Of a stretch of DNA of 15,693 nt, positions 1 through 8,268 are shown piece after piece; position 1 is the first letter of the stretch; each line of letters begins with the position of its first letter. The notes beneath the pieces are model-generated. The model was not told where the DNA came from and made no database searches. It saw only the letters and a list, made by a program, of their open reading frames with translations. The DNA is from a virus (Duplodnaviria > Heunggongvirae > Uroviricota > Caudoviricetes). The DNA is taken from the IMG/VR virus record IMGVR_UViG_2778261355_000012; one strand, written 5' to 3'. A program made the position numbers and the translations under genes.

Positions 1-537
1 TTACTCGTCCAGCAGAATCACTTTGCCGATATACGGCAGATGACGGTAACGCTGTGCGTAATCAATGCCGTAACCCACCACAAACTCATCCGGGATCGAG
101 AAACCGATAAATTCTACCGGGACGTTCACTTCACGACGGGACGGTTTATCCAGCAGCGTACAAATCGCCAGCGACTTCGGTTCGCGCAGGCTTAAGATCT
201 CACGCACTTTCGACAGTGTATTCCCCGAGTCGATGATATCTTCAACAATCAGCACGTCCTTGCCACGGATATCTTCATCCAGATCTTTGAGGATTTTCAC
301 ATCACGGGTGGTGGACATGCCGCTACCGTAGCTGGAGGCGGTCATAAAGTCGACTTCATGAGATACCTGAACTTCACGGCACAGGTCCGCCATAAACATA
401 AATGAGCCACGCAGCAGACCCACCAGCACCATATCGCTGCCGCTGTCTTTGTAACGCTCAGTAATCTGACGACCCAGTTCGGCGATACGCGCTTTAATCT
501 CCGCTTCGGGGATCATTACTTCTACAATATGTTTCAT
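1..537 (-). CDS. hpt: hypoxanthine phosphoribosyltransferase
   Basis: 178-aa product [35 protein letters not shown]...[14 protein letters not shown]...[10 protein letters not shown] matches E. coli Hpt over its full length from memory; includes the PRPP-binding [13 protein letters not shown] motif; ATG at 537-535, TAA at 3-1. Confidence 0.96.
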   Translation of the reverse strand: MKHIVEVMIPEAEIKARIAELGRQITERYKDSGSDMVLVGLLRGSFMFMADLCREVQVSHEVDFMTASSYGSGMSTTRDVKILKDLDEDIRGKDVLIVEDIIDSGNTLSKVREILSLREPKSLAICTLLDKPSRREVNVPVEFIGFSIPDEFVVGYGIDYAQRYRHLPYIGKVILLDE

Positions 538-1143
538 AATTCACATAACTCACTGATTTTTGTCAGTTAAAAACAAATTCACACGTAGCAATTTATCAAA
601 AGTGATACACCGAATGATATACGGATCGATACACAGCGCCACAATCTCAAAAAAGCACCAGCACAATTAGAAGGCCGCGAGTATACAACATCAGAAACAG
701 GAGAGGGCAAAGCACGTAATAATTTTCGTTTTTCACAAACGCAAAAATTTGGCGAGGCTGGCGGTCCCGGCAACATGAAGCTACAGAGATTTTGATCCCC
801 TGCATGGTGATGATGCCCATACAAGGCTATTTCATTTCAACGGAACCGGTATGACGAACATGATCGCACCTTCTCCCGAAAACGGTGCGACCTCCATAGA
901 GGAAATGCCTATTCAGATCCCCGGTGATTTTCACCATTCAGAATCTGGCGGGTGAGTTTCTCAATTTCCGCAGTTGGTGGAAATTAAACGAATACAGCGA
1001 GTTAGAACAAGGTGACTAATGGTCACTCTGTTGCTGCGTCACCATATTGATGATCCAGCCCTGTAGTCGCGCCACTTTTCCACCAATGGTGGAAAAGCCC
1101 ACAGCAGGCCGTCCAGCCTCCCCCAATGGGGGATTGTGGAAGA

Positions 1144-1468
1144 ATCAACGGGTTAGGCCTTACCAGCAAAAAAGCACATCAACTGTAACGGAAATCGTTA
1201 TGGTTGCTGGTGGGCTAAATCATCGTTATGGTGATGCAGCCATGTAGACGTTCCGGTCTCCTCAAATCGAGGTTTCCGAAAATATCAGTGAGTTAGCGAT
1301 TAAGCTGGCGAGTAATTAAACTGTGAAAATTTCGTAGTTTGTGACTATCTGAAAGATAGTCGGTTGATCCGGCCTCAGCCGTTGGCTGTTCCCGAAAATA
1401 TCAACGGGTTAGGCTGGTTTCCCCGATGTTCGCCGCTGGCGAATTTCGAAAATATCAACCAGTTACCG
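1144..1468. repeat. direct-repeat array: three full and one partial copy of a ~22-bp motif (consensus about CGAAAATATCAACGGGTTAGGC) at the junction between hpt and the island
   Basis: Read directly: atcaacgggttaggc (~1144-1158), ccgaaaatatcagtgagttagcg (~1276-1298), ccgaaaatatcaacgggttaggc (~1392-1414), tcgaaaatatcaaccagttaccg (~1446-1468). An 8-bp-stem palindrome GACTATCT-gaa-AGATAGTC sits between copies at ~1343-1361. Function (integrase arm sites vs packaging/TerS site) is inferred only. Confidence 0.7.
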
Positions 1469-1753
1469 CCGCAACCGCTCCGGCTTCTTCCAGTGGTAAG
1501 TTATTTTTTCCTTCTCCCGATACATCTCCACGCGGCGACGGTATGCCAGCATTTCCAGAACGCGGATCCGTATGTTGCGCATATCCACATCATTAAGCTG
1601 GATACCATTACGGCGCATCACTTCCGCTACAACACGCACATAATTTTCGGCGGTCACGCTGTCCGGCTGCGTGGCCTGTTCGTCATGCTGCTGGCTGATT
1701 CCGGTAACGCGGCGGATTATTTTTAGTAGTTCGGTTTCGCTCATTCTCGTCAT
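1463..1753 (-). CDS. hypothetical protein (96 aa), last gene of the packaging operon
   Basis: ORF overlaps the TerL stop by 4 nt (coupled translation); no motif recognised; its 3' end runs into the repeat array. Confidence 0.45.
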   Translation of the reverse strand: MTRMSETELLKIIRRVTGISQQHDEQATQPDSVTAENYVRVVAEVMRRNGIQLNDVDMRNIRIRVLEMLAYRRRVEMYREKEKITYHWKKPERLRR

Positions 1754-3420
1754 ACCCCATCAAACGCCGCAAGCCGCTCTTTGTGGCTGTCGCTCATATC
1801 AAATGCAAATTCCTCATGCTCTGCCTGGAATGTGCCAAACGCCATCAGCGCCGCAACGCTCGGGTCTATCTTGTTGGATGATTTTTTCTTGTTCGGCTTG
1901 ATATTGGCGTTCGCGTCACTCTGCATCACAACATTACTCATTGACCAGGCCAGCACCGGATCGCCACGATGCACAATCACCTTCCGGTTAACAAAAACTT
2001 CGAACGATTTCGCCGCCGGACTGAAACGAAGGTATGTTTGCGGGAACGGCTCCACCTCAAATCCTGCCCCCTGTAGCTGCGTCCTCAGGTGCGTGGCGTT
2101 CCATGTATCGAAGCCCACCAGCCTGATATTGAAATTCTCTGCATCCGCCATGATGTCATCACGGATACGGTCATAATCAATGCAGTCACCCGGTGTTGTG
2201 CGTATCCAGCCCGCCTTTACCCACTGGCGATAGATGGCGCGGTTTTTATTGGCGGGGTTCTGTAGCTGAAATTCCGGCAGATAGTGACGGGAAACCAGCA
2301 TAATCTTTTTACCGACCGGAAAGGCATAGCACACGCTGGAAATATCGCTGGTTGATGATAAGTCCAGCCCCGCGTAGCACTCCTGACCGTATAAATCCGC
2401 CTCCGCGAACGTTCCGGCGCACTCCGCCCATGCACCGTTACCCATCCACGGTGTAGCCCCCTGACACCAGATATTGAATCGCTTGGTGAGCATTTCCACC
2501 CACTGCGACGGAATACCCCGCGCTTTCTGGATGGTTGAGGCCAGTTTTTCACGATCGACGGAAACATCGATATTGGGATTCGCCTTTATCCACATCGCCG
2601 GCTCGTCAACCTCGCTTTCATCATCCAGCTCGTAAATCAGCACGAACATGGATTCGTTCACCTCTTCACCATCCAGTATCTGGCAGCAATAGTCATAGTG
2701 TTGTTTACAGGCTGAAACAACGTTGCTCCCCGATGTGGTGATGGCAAATAACAGCCCCTCCGGACGCGCCCCCATTCCCAGTTCAAGCGCGGAATAAACC
2801 CCGTTGTCAGGGTGCAGGTGATATTCATCCACAATGGCAAGACTCGGGTTTGTACCTTCAATGGTTGCCGCTTTTGCTGCCAGTGGCTTTAACAGGCTGT
2901 TGGTTTTCGGGTGTATCACCTTGTGTGTCTGAATATTTACCCGCTTTCGTAACGGTCGGGATAAAAGGCACATCTGACGCGCATCATCAAACACGATCCG
3001 CGCCTGATCACGACTCACGGCGGCGGTGTAAATATCCTGCTGCCCGTTTTCCATAACCAGAAACCAGTTAGCCAGGATAGCGGCGACCGTGGATTTGGCA
3101 TTTTTTCGCGGCACTTCAATGAATGCGCTGGTGTATTTGCGCCGTCCGGTGGCCTTAACCTTAAAGCCCAGGATGCACGCAAAGGCGAACTGCTGCCACG
3201 GCTCCAGCTCAATGGGGCTACCGCGCATTGCGCCTTTTACGTGCGGACACACCCTGGAAAAGGCAATAAACCGCTCCACGACCTCCGGATCGAACGTGTA
3301 AAGGGGGTTTTCAAGGTCAGAAAAATACCGTTTAACGGCCTGTTTCAGTCGTTTACAGGCCGTAATTTTGCCGTTTTTTACGCCTTCTGCGTACTCATGC
3401 CAGGCGGTCAAGCTCGTCAT
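1750..3420 (-). CDS. terminase large subunit (TerL)
   Basis: 556-aa product with the overall organisation of phage large terminases (N-terminal ATPase, C-terminal nuclease) by recollection; sits after TerS and HNH; overlaps TerS 3' end. Confidence 0.9.
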   Translation of the reverse strand: MTSLTAWHEYAEGVKNGKITACKRLKQAVKRYFSDLENPLYTFDPEVVERFIAFSRVCPHVKGAMRGSPIELEPWQQFAFACILGFKVKATGRRKYTSAFIEVPRKNAKSTVAAILANWFLVMENGQQDIYTAAVSRDQARIVFDDARQMCLLSRPLRKRVNIQTHKVIHPKTNSLLKPLAAKAATIEGTNPSLAIVDEYHLHPDNGVYSALELGMGARPEGLLFAITTSGSNVVSACKQHYDYCCQILDGEEVNESMFVLIYELDDESEVDEPAMWIKANPNIDVSVDREKLASTIQKARGIPSQWVEMLTKRFNIWCQGATPWMGNGAWAECAGTFAEADLYGQECYAGLDLSSTSDISSVCYAFPVGKKIMLVSRHYLPEFQLQNPANKNRAIYRQWVKAGWIRTTPGDCIDYDRIRDDIMADAENFNIRLVGFDTWNATHLRTQLQGAGFEVEPFPQTYLRFSPAAKSFEVFVNRKVIVHRGDPVLAWSMSNVVMQSDANANIKPNKKKSSNKIDPSVAALMAFGTFQAEHEEFAFDMSDSHKERLAAFDGV

Positions 3421-3751
3421 CTTCCTCTGTTTCCGGTGGATTTCTGCGGCGGCTTACCGGGTCAAAACCCAGCAAAGAAGCCATTTTGATCATTATTCTT
3501 TCAGCGTCAGCCTTTGCGCTCAGGGCGGGGTTTCTGCTCTCGCTGCCCTGACTGTTAACAATGCTGAACCCGCGCGTGGCAAGGTCTTCGACGGCTTTGC
3601 GGTATATGGAGTAGTTAACGCAATACAGCTCCAGATTGCTCCAGTCGGCGGGGGTAAGGTCTTCCCGTCCGGAAAGCTGGCGCGATTTTTCCTTCCACTG
3701 CCTGACCGCGATTTCATCCAGGTAAGCGGGGGCTTTTGGTGGTCTTGCCAT
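3395..3751 (-). CDS. terminase small subunit (P27-family-like TerS)
   Basis: Track ORF 3395..3892 trimmed to internal ATG at 3751 (MARPPKAPAYLDEIAVRQWKEK...), an N-terminus typical of P27-type small terminases; placed immediately upstream of TerL. Confidence 0.7.
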   Translation of the reverse strand: MARPPKAPAYLDEIAVRQWKEKSRQLSGREDLTPADWSNLELYCVNYSIYRKAVEDLATRGFSIVNSQGSESRNPALSAKADAERIMIKMASLLGFDPVSRRRNPPETEEDDELDRLA

Positions 3752-4039
3752 GTTCTTTTTTCGCCCAATTATTTTCAAAAAAATTCCCGTGCACAAAAAT
3801 TTGAGGAGGCGGTCGGTGTCCGGCAGGGACGGTTTCGTCCTGAAAACCACCCCCACCCCCTCTGACGGCCTCACCAGCGATTGCGACAACATTCCATGAT
3901 CTCGCGGTCACGGTCGGTTAATTGCTTCGCTGTGGTGCGTTCTGTGCGCCCTGTCCTGTTGGCTTTGTGCCCTGTCTCCTGTGTCTTCCATAAGTCACGC
4001 TGCCTTATCAGTCCACGTATCAGCCTGGTTTGCTCCTGT
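3752..4039. other. non-coding gap between HNH and TerS with a palindrome GGACGgtttCGTCC (~3827-3840) and a C/G-rich tract ccacccccaccccctc (~3847-3862); candidate cos/packaging site
   Basis: No credible ORF fills the gap (track ORFs here are antisense shadows). Position between HNH and TerS parallels cos placement in HK97-like phages. Inference only. Confidence 0.35.
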
Positions 4040-4480
4040 TCAGTCATCATCGCCATACATCCAGTCGTTACGGTGTGCTGCCCGTTCTTCCTGCTCGCGA
4101 TACATGCCCGCCTTACGGTTCGCTTTCGTGGCGGGATCTTCCCGTGTCGTCTTACGGTTGTGGCACGTCTGGCACAATGCCTGGTGGTTCCACTCAGGCC
4201 AGAAGAGAACATCACCGCCGCCATTGATGGGGATGATGTGATCCACCACAAGAGCTGGCGTATAAATCCCCTTAGCCAGACAACGCACGCATAACGGGTT
4301 TTTGCTCAGGTACAGGGCGCGGTATTTGTCCCACTGTCGGGAATACCCGCGCGCGCGGCGGTGTCCCCGTCTGGCATCCTCTGCACGCCATACAGCCCGT
4401 CTGTGCTCTTCACACTTGCCGGACTTCACGCGCTTATTACAGCCCGGCTCAGTGCATCGCCTTAATGGTTGCCACGGCAT
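4040..4480 (-). CDS. HNH endonuclease (packaging-associated)
   Basis: 146 aa with paired Cys motifs (CTEPGCNKR...C...C...CHNRK) and the His/Asn core (VVDHIIPINGGG...WNHQALCQTCHN) typical of HNH; start overlaps the connector stop (TGATG). Confidence 0.85.
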   Translation of the reverse strand: MPWQPLRRCTEPGCNKRVKSGKCEEHRRAVWRAEDARRGHRRARGYSRQWDKYRALYLSKNPLCVRCLAKGIYTPALVVDHIIPINGGGDVLFWPEWNHQALCQTCHNRKTTREDPATKANRKAGMYREQEERAAHRNDWMYGDDD

Positions 4481-4782
4481 CAGTACACCCCCACATCACG
4501 ATAAACCGACCAGAGCGCAGAAATAGCCATAGGCAGTTCAGACTGCTCCACTGGTGAAACTGCTTCCCTGTTCTCGTACAGGAAAGCGATGTACATCAGG
4601 CAACCAACACGCATTGCCGGGGTAAATTCCAGCCCGTCTTCAAAACGTTTCCCGATATGCTTCTGGCAGGCTTCCAGCGCCGCATCGGTATACATTTTCA
4701 GAAGTTCGCCTTCACCGGATAAATCATCATCAAGTCGAAGATGTGCCCTGACTTCATCAGGTGTAATTCTGGCTTCACTCAT
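4480..4782 (-). CDS. head-tail connector / gp6-like DNA-packaging protein
   Basis: Track ORF trimmed to ATG at 4782 preceded by GGGAG RBS; ~100 aa, MSEARITPDEVRAHLRLDDD... resembles gp6-type head-tail connector N-termini; overlaps portal 3' end. Confidence 0.6.
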   Translation of the reverse strand: MSEARITPDEVRAHLRLDDDLSGEGELLKMYTDAALEACQKHIGKRFEDGLEFTPAMRVGCLMYIAFLYENREAVSPVEQSELPMAISALWSVYRDVGVY

Positions 4783-5989
4783 CTTTTCTCCCTTTAATTT
4801 CCACAGTCTGTTTCCATGCCTGGCTGAACTCATCACCACCTTCACGCGGCGGCATACCCTCGCGTTCGCGAGCTTCGTTCGGATTCATGATCCCGCTCTT
4901 AATCCCTTTCTCATACGTGGCATAACGTTCGGTGGGTGTGGCGCGCAGTAAATCGGCTGAATCAAACTCAACCAGATAACGGGTACCAGGTACGGGAGAA
5001 GTCACCAGCAAAGCGGCCTTGATTTGCTGTTCGAAGTTCGCCAGCCACGGGCGCATTGTCATGGTCAGAAATGCGCGGCTCGCCTCACTGAAATTGCTGT
5101 AGGTGCTGTTGCTGTATTCCTGAAGAAAAATCGGCGACACGTTGAACATCCTGGCGATGTCTTCAATGGAGAAGCGACGGGAGGCCAGCCATTCCGCATC
5201 CTGGTTACTCATCCCCAGCTGCCTGTAATCCATGCCCCCTTCAAGGATTGGCGTTTTTCCGGCATTTTTCGCCCCCTTGTAGCGTTCCAGTGCGTCTAAT
5301 GCCTGTTTACCTTTCACGCCGTCCAGCCATTCACCTGACGTGATAATCCCTGCCGCCATCATGCCATCTTTCATAATGCTGGCTCCGTGACGCTGTTGAG
5401 CAAGGCCAAGCCCCAGCGCCTCACGGCAAATCGTGACGGGGGAACGCCCCAGAAAGCCATCATCCGAGGCATAGCGGAGATGCAGAACTTCTTCCTGTAA
5501 ATACGTGCGCACCGTTCCTGTACAGGGTTCGGTGATGGTATAGCGGTATTTGTGTGTGCCTGTGCGTTCCGGTACAACACACCCCGGCGCATAAGGATGA
5601 AGTGATTTTGGCTGCCCGTCCCGCCCCCACTCAATAACCGCATAGGCGTTACCGTTCAGCAGGCAGTGACGCATCATTGTGCGTTTAAACTGGTAAGGTG
5701 TCAGGCACGAATTAGGCTGCTCATTCAGCAGAATATCTACCGGGTGACTGTCCAGCCATTCCCGCGCCTCTCTGCCCTTATCATTGCGTACCAGATACAG
5801 GTAACACGGCATCGTGGCCACCGCCTCAGCGATGACAGAAACCGCGTTCATCACAGCAGGCAATGATTCAGCCGTCCCGGCAGAAACATATTCTCCGGAT
5901 CCGGTATTTGGTACACCAGACAACGCCAGAAAATCATCAATGGACAGGTTACGCAGATCGCTTTTTTTACGACTAAAAGGCCACCACAT
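4775..5989 (-). CDS. portal protein (HK97-family-like)
   Basis: Track ORF 4775..6079 trimmed to ATG at 5989 (MWWPFSRKK...), directly after the protease stop (TGA-T-ATG); ~400 aa with conserved portal stretches (FSIEDIARMFNVSPIFL, TMTMRPWLANFEQ). Confidence 0.88.
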   Translation of the reverse strand: MWWPFSRKKSDLRNLSIDDFLALSGVPNTGSGEYVSAGTAESLPAVMNAVSVIAEAVATMPCYLYLVRNDKGREAREWLDSHPVDILLNEQPNSCLTPYQFKRTMMRHCLLNGNAYAVIEWGRDGQPKSLHPYAPGCVVPERTGTHKYRYTITEPCTGTVRTYLQEEVLHLRYASDDGFLGRSPVTICREALGLGLAQQRHGASIMKDGMMAAGIITSGEWLDGVKGKQALDALERYKGAKNAGKTPILEGGMDYRQLGMSNQDAEWLASRRFSIEDIARMFNVSPIFLQEYSNSTYSNFSEASRAFLTMTMRPWLANFEQQIKAALLVTSPVPGTRYLVEFDSADLLRATPTERYATYEKGIKSGIMNPNEAREREGMPPREGGDEFSQAWKQTVEIKGRKDE

Positions 5990-5990
5990 A

Positions 5991-6551
5991 TCACAACCCC
6001 GCCAGTTCAGCCCAGCGATGACGATTATTTCCTGCCGGGCGTAATTCAGGGTACTGTGCAAACAACGAACGGTGGGCAATCTCCACGCCGGATTCGGGAT
6101 AAGCAGGCATCGATGTTATCGTGATTTCACGGAGTTCTGCGGCGGTTACAGTACGCAGATACGGTTTTTGCGCGATATTCCACTCCTCGCATAATGCGCG
6201 AAAGCCAAAGCTCATTCCTGTAATATCGCCACGTTCCACCAGCGTAAGCACATCTTTTCCAAGCTGGGTATTTGGCGGTGTCAGTTCAAAACGTAGCCCG
6301 GTGTTATCCTCAGTCAGTACCAGTGAGCCGGATTTGGTACGCCCCAGCAGTCGGGTATAGTCATGCTCATACAGACAGCGCACATCATTACCCGCCGCCA
6401 GATAGTCAGCAAAAGCCCCCGGCGTGAACTGTTCGCGAAACTCGTCCCAGATAATTTCTGAAAGGCTGTTCCAGCGAACGGCATAACCCACCAGTTTTTT
6501 ATCGCTGGCGGTCAGTTCAGATGTACGGATTTCAAAATCGGTGTTTTTCAT
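5991..6551 (-). CDS. prohead protease (HK97 / S78-family-like)
   Basis: Track ORF 5991..6776 trimmed to ATG at 6551 (MKNTDFEIRT...) with GGAG RBS ~9 nt upstream; the upstream extension overlaps the capsid gene. GYAVRWNS...FTPGAF...LYEHD pattern fits prohead proteases. Confidence 0.82.
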   Translation of the reverse strand: MKNTDFEIRTSELTASDKKLVGYAVRWNSLSEIIWDEFREQFTPGAFADYLAAGNDVRCLYEHDYTRLLGRTKSGSLVLTEDNTGLRFELTPPNTQLGKDVLTLVERGDITGMSFGFRALCEEWNIAQKPYLRTVTAAELREITITSMPAYPESGVEIAHRSLFAQYPELRPAGNNRHRWAELAGL

Positions 6552-6570
6552 CGGTGTACTCCATAAAGCT

Positions 6571-6592
6571 GAAAAAGGAGGCCGAAGCCCCC
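6571..6592 (-). terminator. hairpin plus U-tract between capsid and protease genes (attenuator or partial terminator)
   Basis: Minus-strand RNA GGGGGC-UUCG-GCCUCC (one G-U pair) followed by UUUUUC; the protease RBS lies just downstream. Confidence 0.4.
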
Positions 6593-6600
6593 TTTGCTCA

Positions 6601-7746
6601 TTACTTGCCAGCCTGAATTTCCAGAATCTTGATGGCGTTCGAATCCACCACACCACCGCCCAGATATTTCTGGGTATAGATGTTAATGAATCCAGGCTCG
6701 CTGAAATCCGGACGGGTACGCGTACCGGTTTTATGGTCAACGATGAAATAACCGCGCTTAAAGTCACCGACTGCAATCACACCGTCCGGCATAAATTCCA
6801 GATATTCAACCGGAAGCCCCAGCAGAGAATCAGGATCACCAGCCTGTAAACGATCGCGCCAGATGTAATCACCAGTGGCATTTTTCAGTTTTTGTGCGGA
6901 GGCGGCTGTATTTGAGTTCATCACCCATACAGCTTTTTTGCGGTACTTATTGCGCAGCGTAAATTTCAGGTCAATCAGCATATCGGCGCTGAGACTGCCA
7001 GTCACTTTTTTCGTCTGGAGCGTACCGAAAGGACGGGTTTTGTCATTATCCGTAGCGCGCGGGAAAGTCAGGAAACCTTTGGCTTTTTTCTCGCCATCAC
7101 CGGAAACCAGATCCGTTTCTTCGGTATCAACGAAAGTGTCGCCAATTTCAGAAGATAACCAGCCCATAATATCGACTTCGGAAAAATCGATAATTTCCTG
7201 AGTGGTTTTCGGGTAAGCGTAGATCGGATACAGGCGGATACTGACTTCATTCAGTTTTGGGGTTGCCGTCTGGTTACGTGCCGCACCTTCTTCGCCGTGT
7301 CCCACGACCGCACCCCCGGCAGAAACCAGTTGCTTAAATTCATTACTGTGAATGGTTTTAACAGTACAGATTTTACGCATCACCGACTCATCAGAAAGCT
7401 GACGCATAATTTCTCTGTTCAGTTCCGGGATAACCGTATAACCACCATCAGCCGGAACACTGCCGGACAGGTTGCGGGTTTCCCCGGTCAGAATGTAAGA
7501 GCGTAGCTCATTTTTGGTGATTTTATCTTCGACGGGAACACCAGGCTGGTTACGTTCTTCATCAGCCACAGACTCGAGGCGGGAAATTTCTGTGTCGAGG
7601 GAATCGGCTTTTGCACGCAGTTCATCAAACTGTTTGCCTTCGTCATCGGTTAGACTGCGGTTTTCACTGTCGGCTTTTTCCAGCAGGGATCGCATCTGGT
7701 TTTTCAGGGCGGTTTTTTGCTGGCGGAGTTCGATTAATTTCTTCAT
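6601..7746 (-). CDS. major capsid protein (HK97-fold)
   Basis: 381 aa; coiled-coil N-terminal ~100 aa (scaffold/delta-like) followed by a core typical of HK97-family capsids by recollection; followed directly by protease. Confidence 0.88.
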   Translation of the reverse strand: MKKLIELRQQKTALKNQMRSLLEKADSENRSLTDDEGKQFDELRAKADSLDTEISRLESVADEERNQPGVPVEDKITKNELRSYILTGETRNLSGSVPADGGYTVIPELNREIMRQLSDESVMRKICTVKTIHSNEFKQLVSAGGAVVGHGEEGAARNQTATPKLNEVSIRLYPIYAYPKTTQEIIDFSEVDIMGWLSSEIGDTFVDTEETDLVSGDGEKKAKGFLTFPRATDNDKTRPFGTLQTKKVTGSLSADMLIDLKFTLRNKYRKKAVWVMNSNTAASAQKLKNATGDYIWRDRLQAGDPDSLLGLPVEYLEFMPDGVIAVGDFKRGYFIVDHKTGTRTRPDFSEPGFINIYTQKYLGGGVVDSNAIKILEIQAGK

Positions 7747-7983
7747 GAAGGTTTTCTCGCATTGGTTAAGATTCAGGACGTGAAACCAACACGGGGGGAG
7801 CGCCGCCCGACACTCTCGGCATCTCGCAGATCAACCCGGCATCGCGCAGGGGGTCAGGCGGCATTGTGGCGGCTCACGTCTGAGTGCCACACGCCAACAT
7901 ATACATAAAAATCAGTATGTAAACATCAACCAGAATCACCGAACAACCTGGAACAACCACGAACAAATAATTTACAAAACCTG

Positions 7984-8010
7984 AAAAAAGACCCGGAAAA
8001 AATCCGGGCC
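7984..8010 (-). terminator. rho-independent terminator ending the replication operon
   Basis: Minus-strand hairpin CCCGGA-uuuuuu-UCCGGG followed by UCUUUUUU; sits just past the stop of the 82-aa ORF and ahead of the capsid promoter region. Confidence 0.7.
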
Positions 8011-8019
8011 TTTATCGCT

Positions 8020-8268
8020 TTATTGTTTCACTGGCTCCCGCATTCTGCGTCTTATTTTCCACAAATATTCGATCATCGCTTCCACCTGCTCACGGTTGGT
8101 TGCGAAAATTTCCCCGGTCAGTGAGCTACGCAGAAAATCATGATGATCCACAAAAAATAACGCATCGGAAGAAAGCAACCGACGATATTTTTTTGCTGTC
8201 GTGGTTTCCAGATCATCAAAACCATGAAGCTTTTTATGTTGCTGAACTTCTTCGAATGTCACTGGCAT
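8020..8268 (-). CDS. hypothetical protein (82 aa)
   Basis: Start overlaps the 3' end of the FinO-like gene by 10 nt; followed by the terminator; no motif recognised. Confidence 0.45.
   Translation of the reverse strand: MPVTFEEVQQHKKLHGFDDLETTTAKKYRRLLSSDALFFVDHHDFLRSSLTGEIFATNREQVEAMIEYLWKIRRRMREPVKQ

Noticed and set aside
538-1140. tRNA or small RNA gene at the island boundary
   Set aside because: No cloverleaf-compatible sequence or conserved T-arm motif seen by eye; not excluded without a tRNA scanner.
579-1726. Track ORFs 579..824 (-), 1047..1247 (+), 1364..1726 (+)
   Set aside because: They lie in the hpt promoter and repeat-rich junction or antisense to the 96-aa gene, lack RBS support and have implausible composition (e.g. 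a His run); treated as non-coding.
3368-3911. Several 65-165 aa track ORFs on both strands (e.g. 3368..3865 +, 3520..3768 -, 3714..3911 -)
   Set aside because: They overlap TerS in other frames or on the opposite strand and have biased, low-complexity composition; treated as shadow ORFs.
5991-6776. 261-aa version of the protease ORF overlapping the capsid gene by 175 bp
   Set aside because: The extension lies inside the capsid coding region in another frame; an internal ATG at 6551 has a GGAG RBS and gives a normal-length prohead protease.
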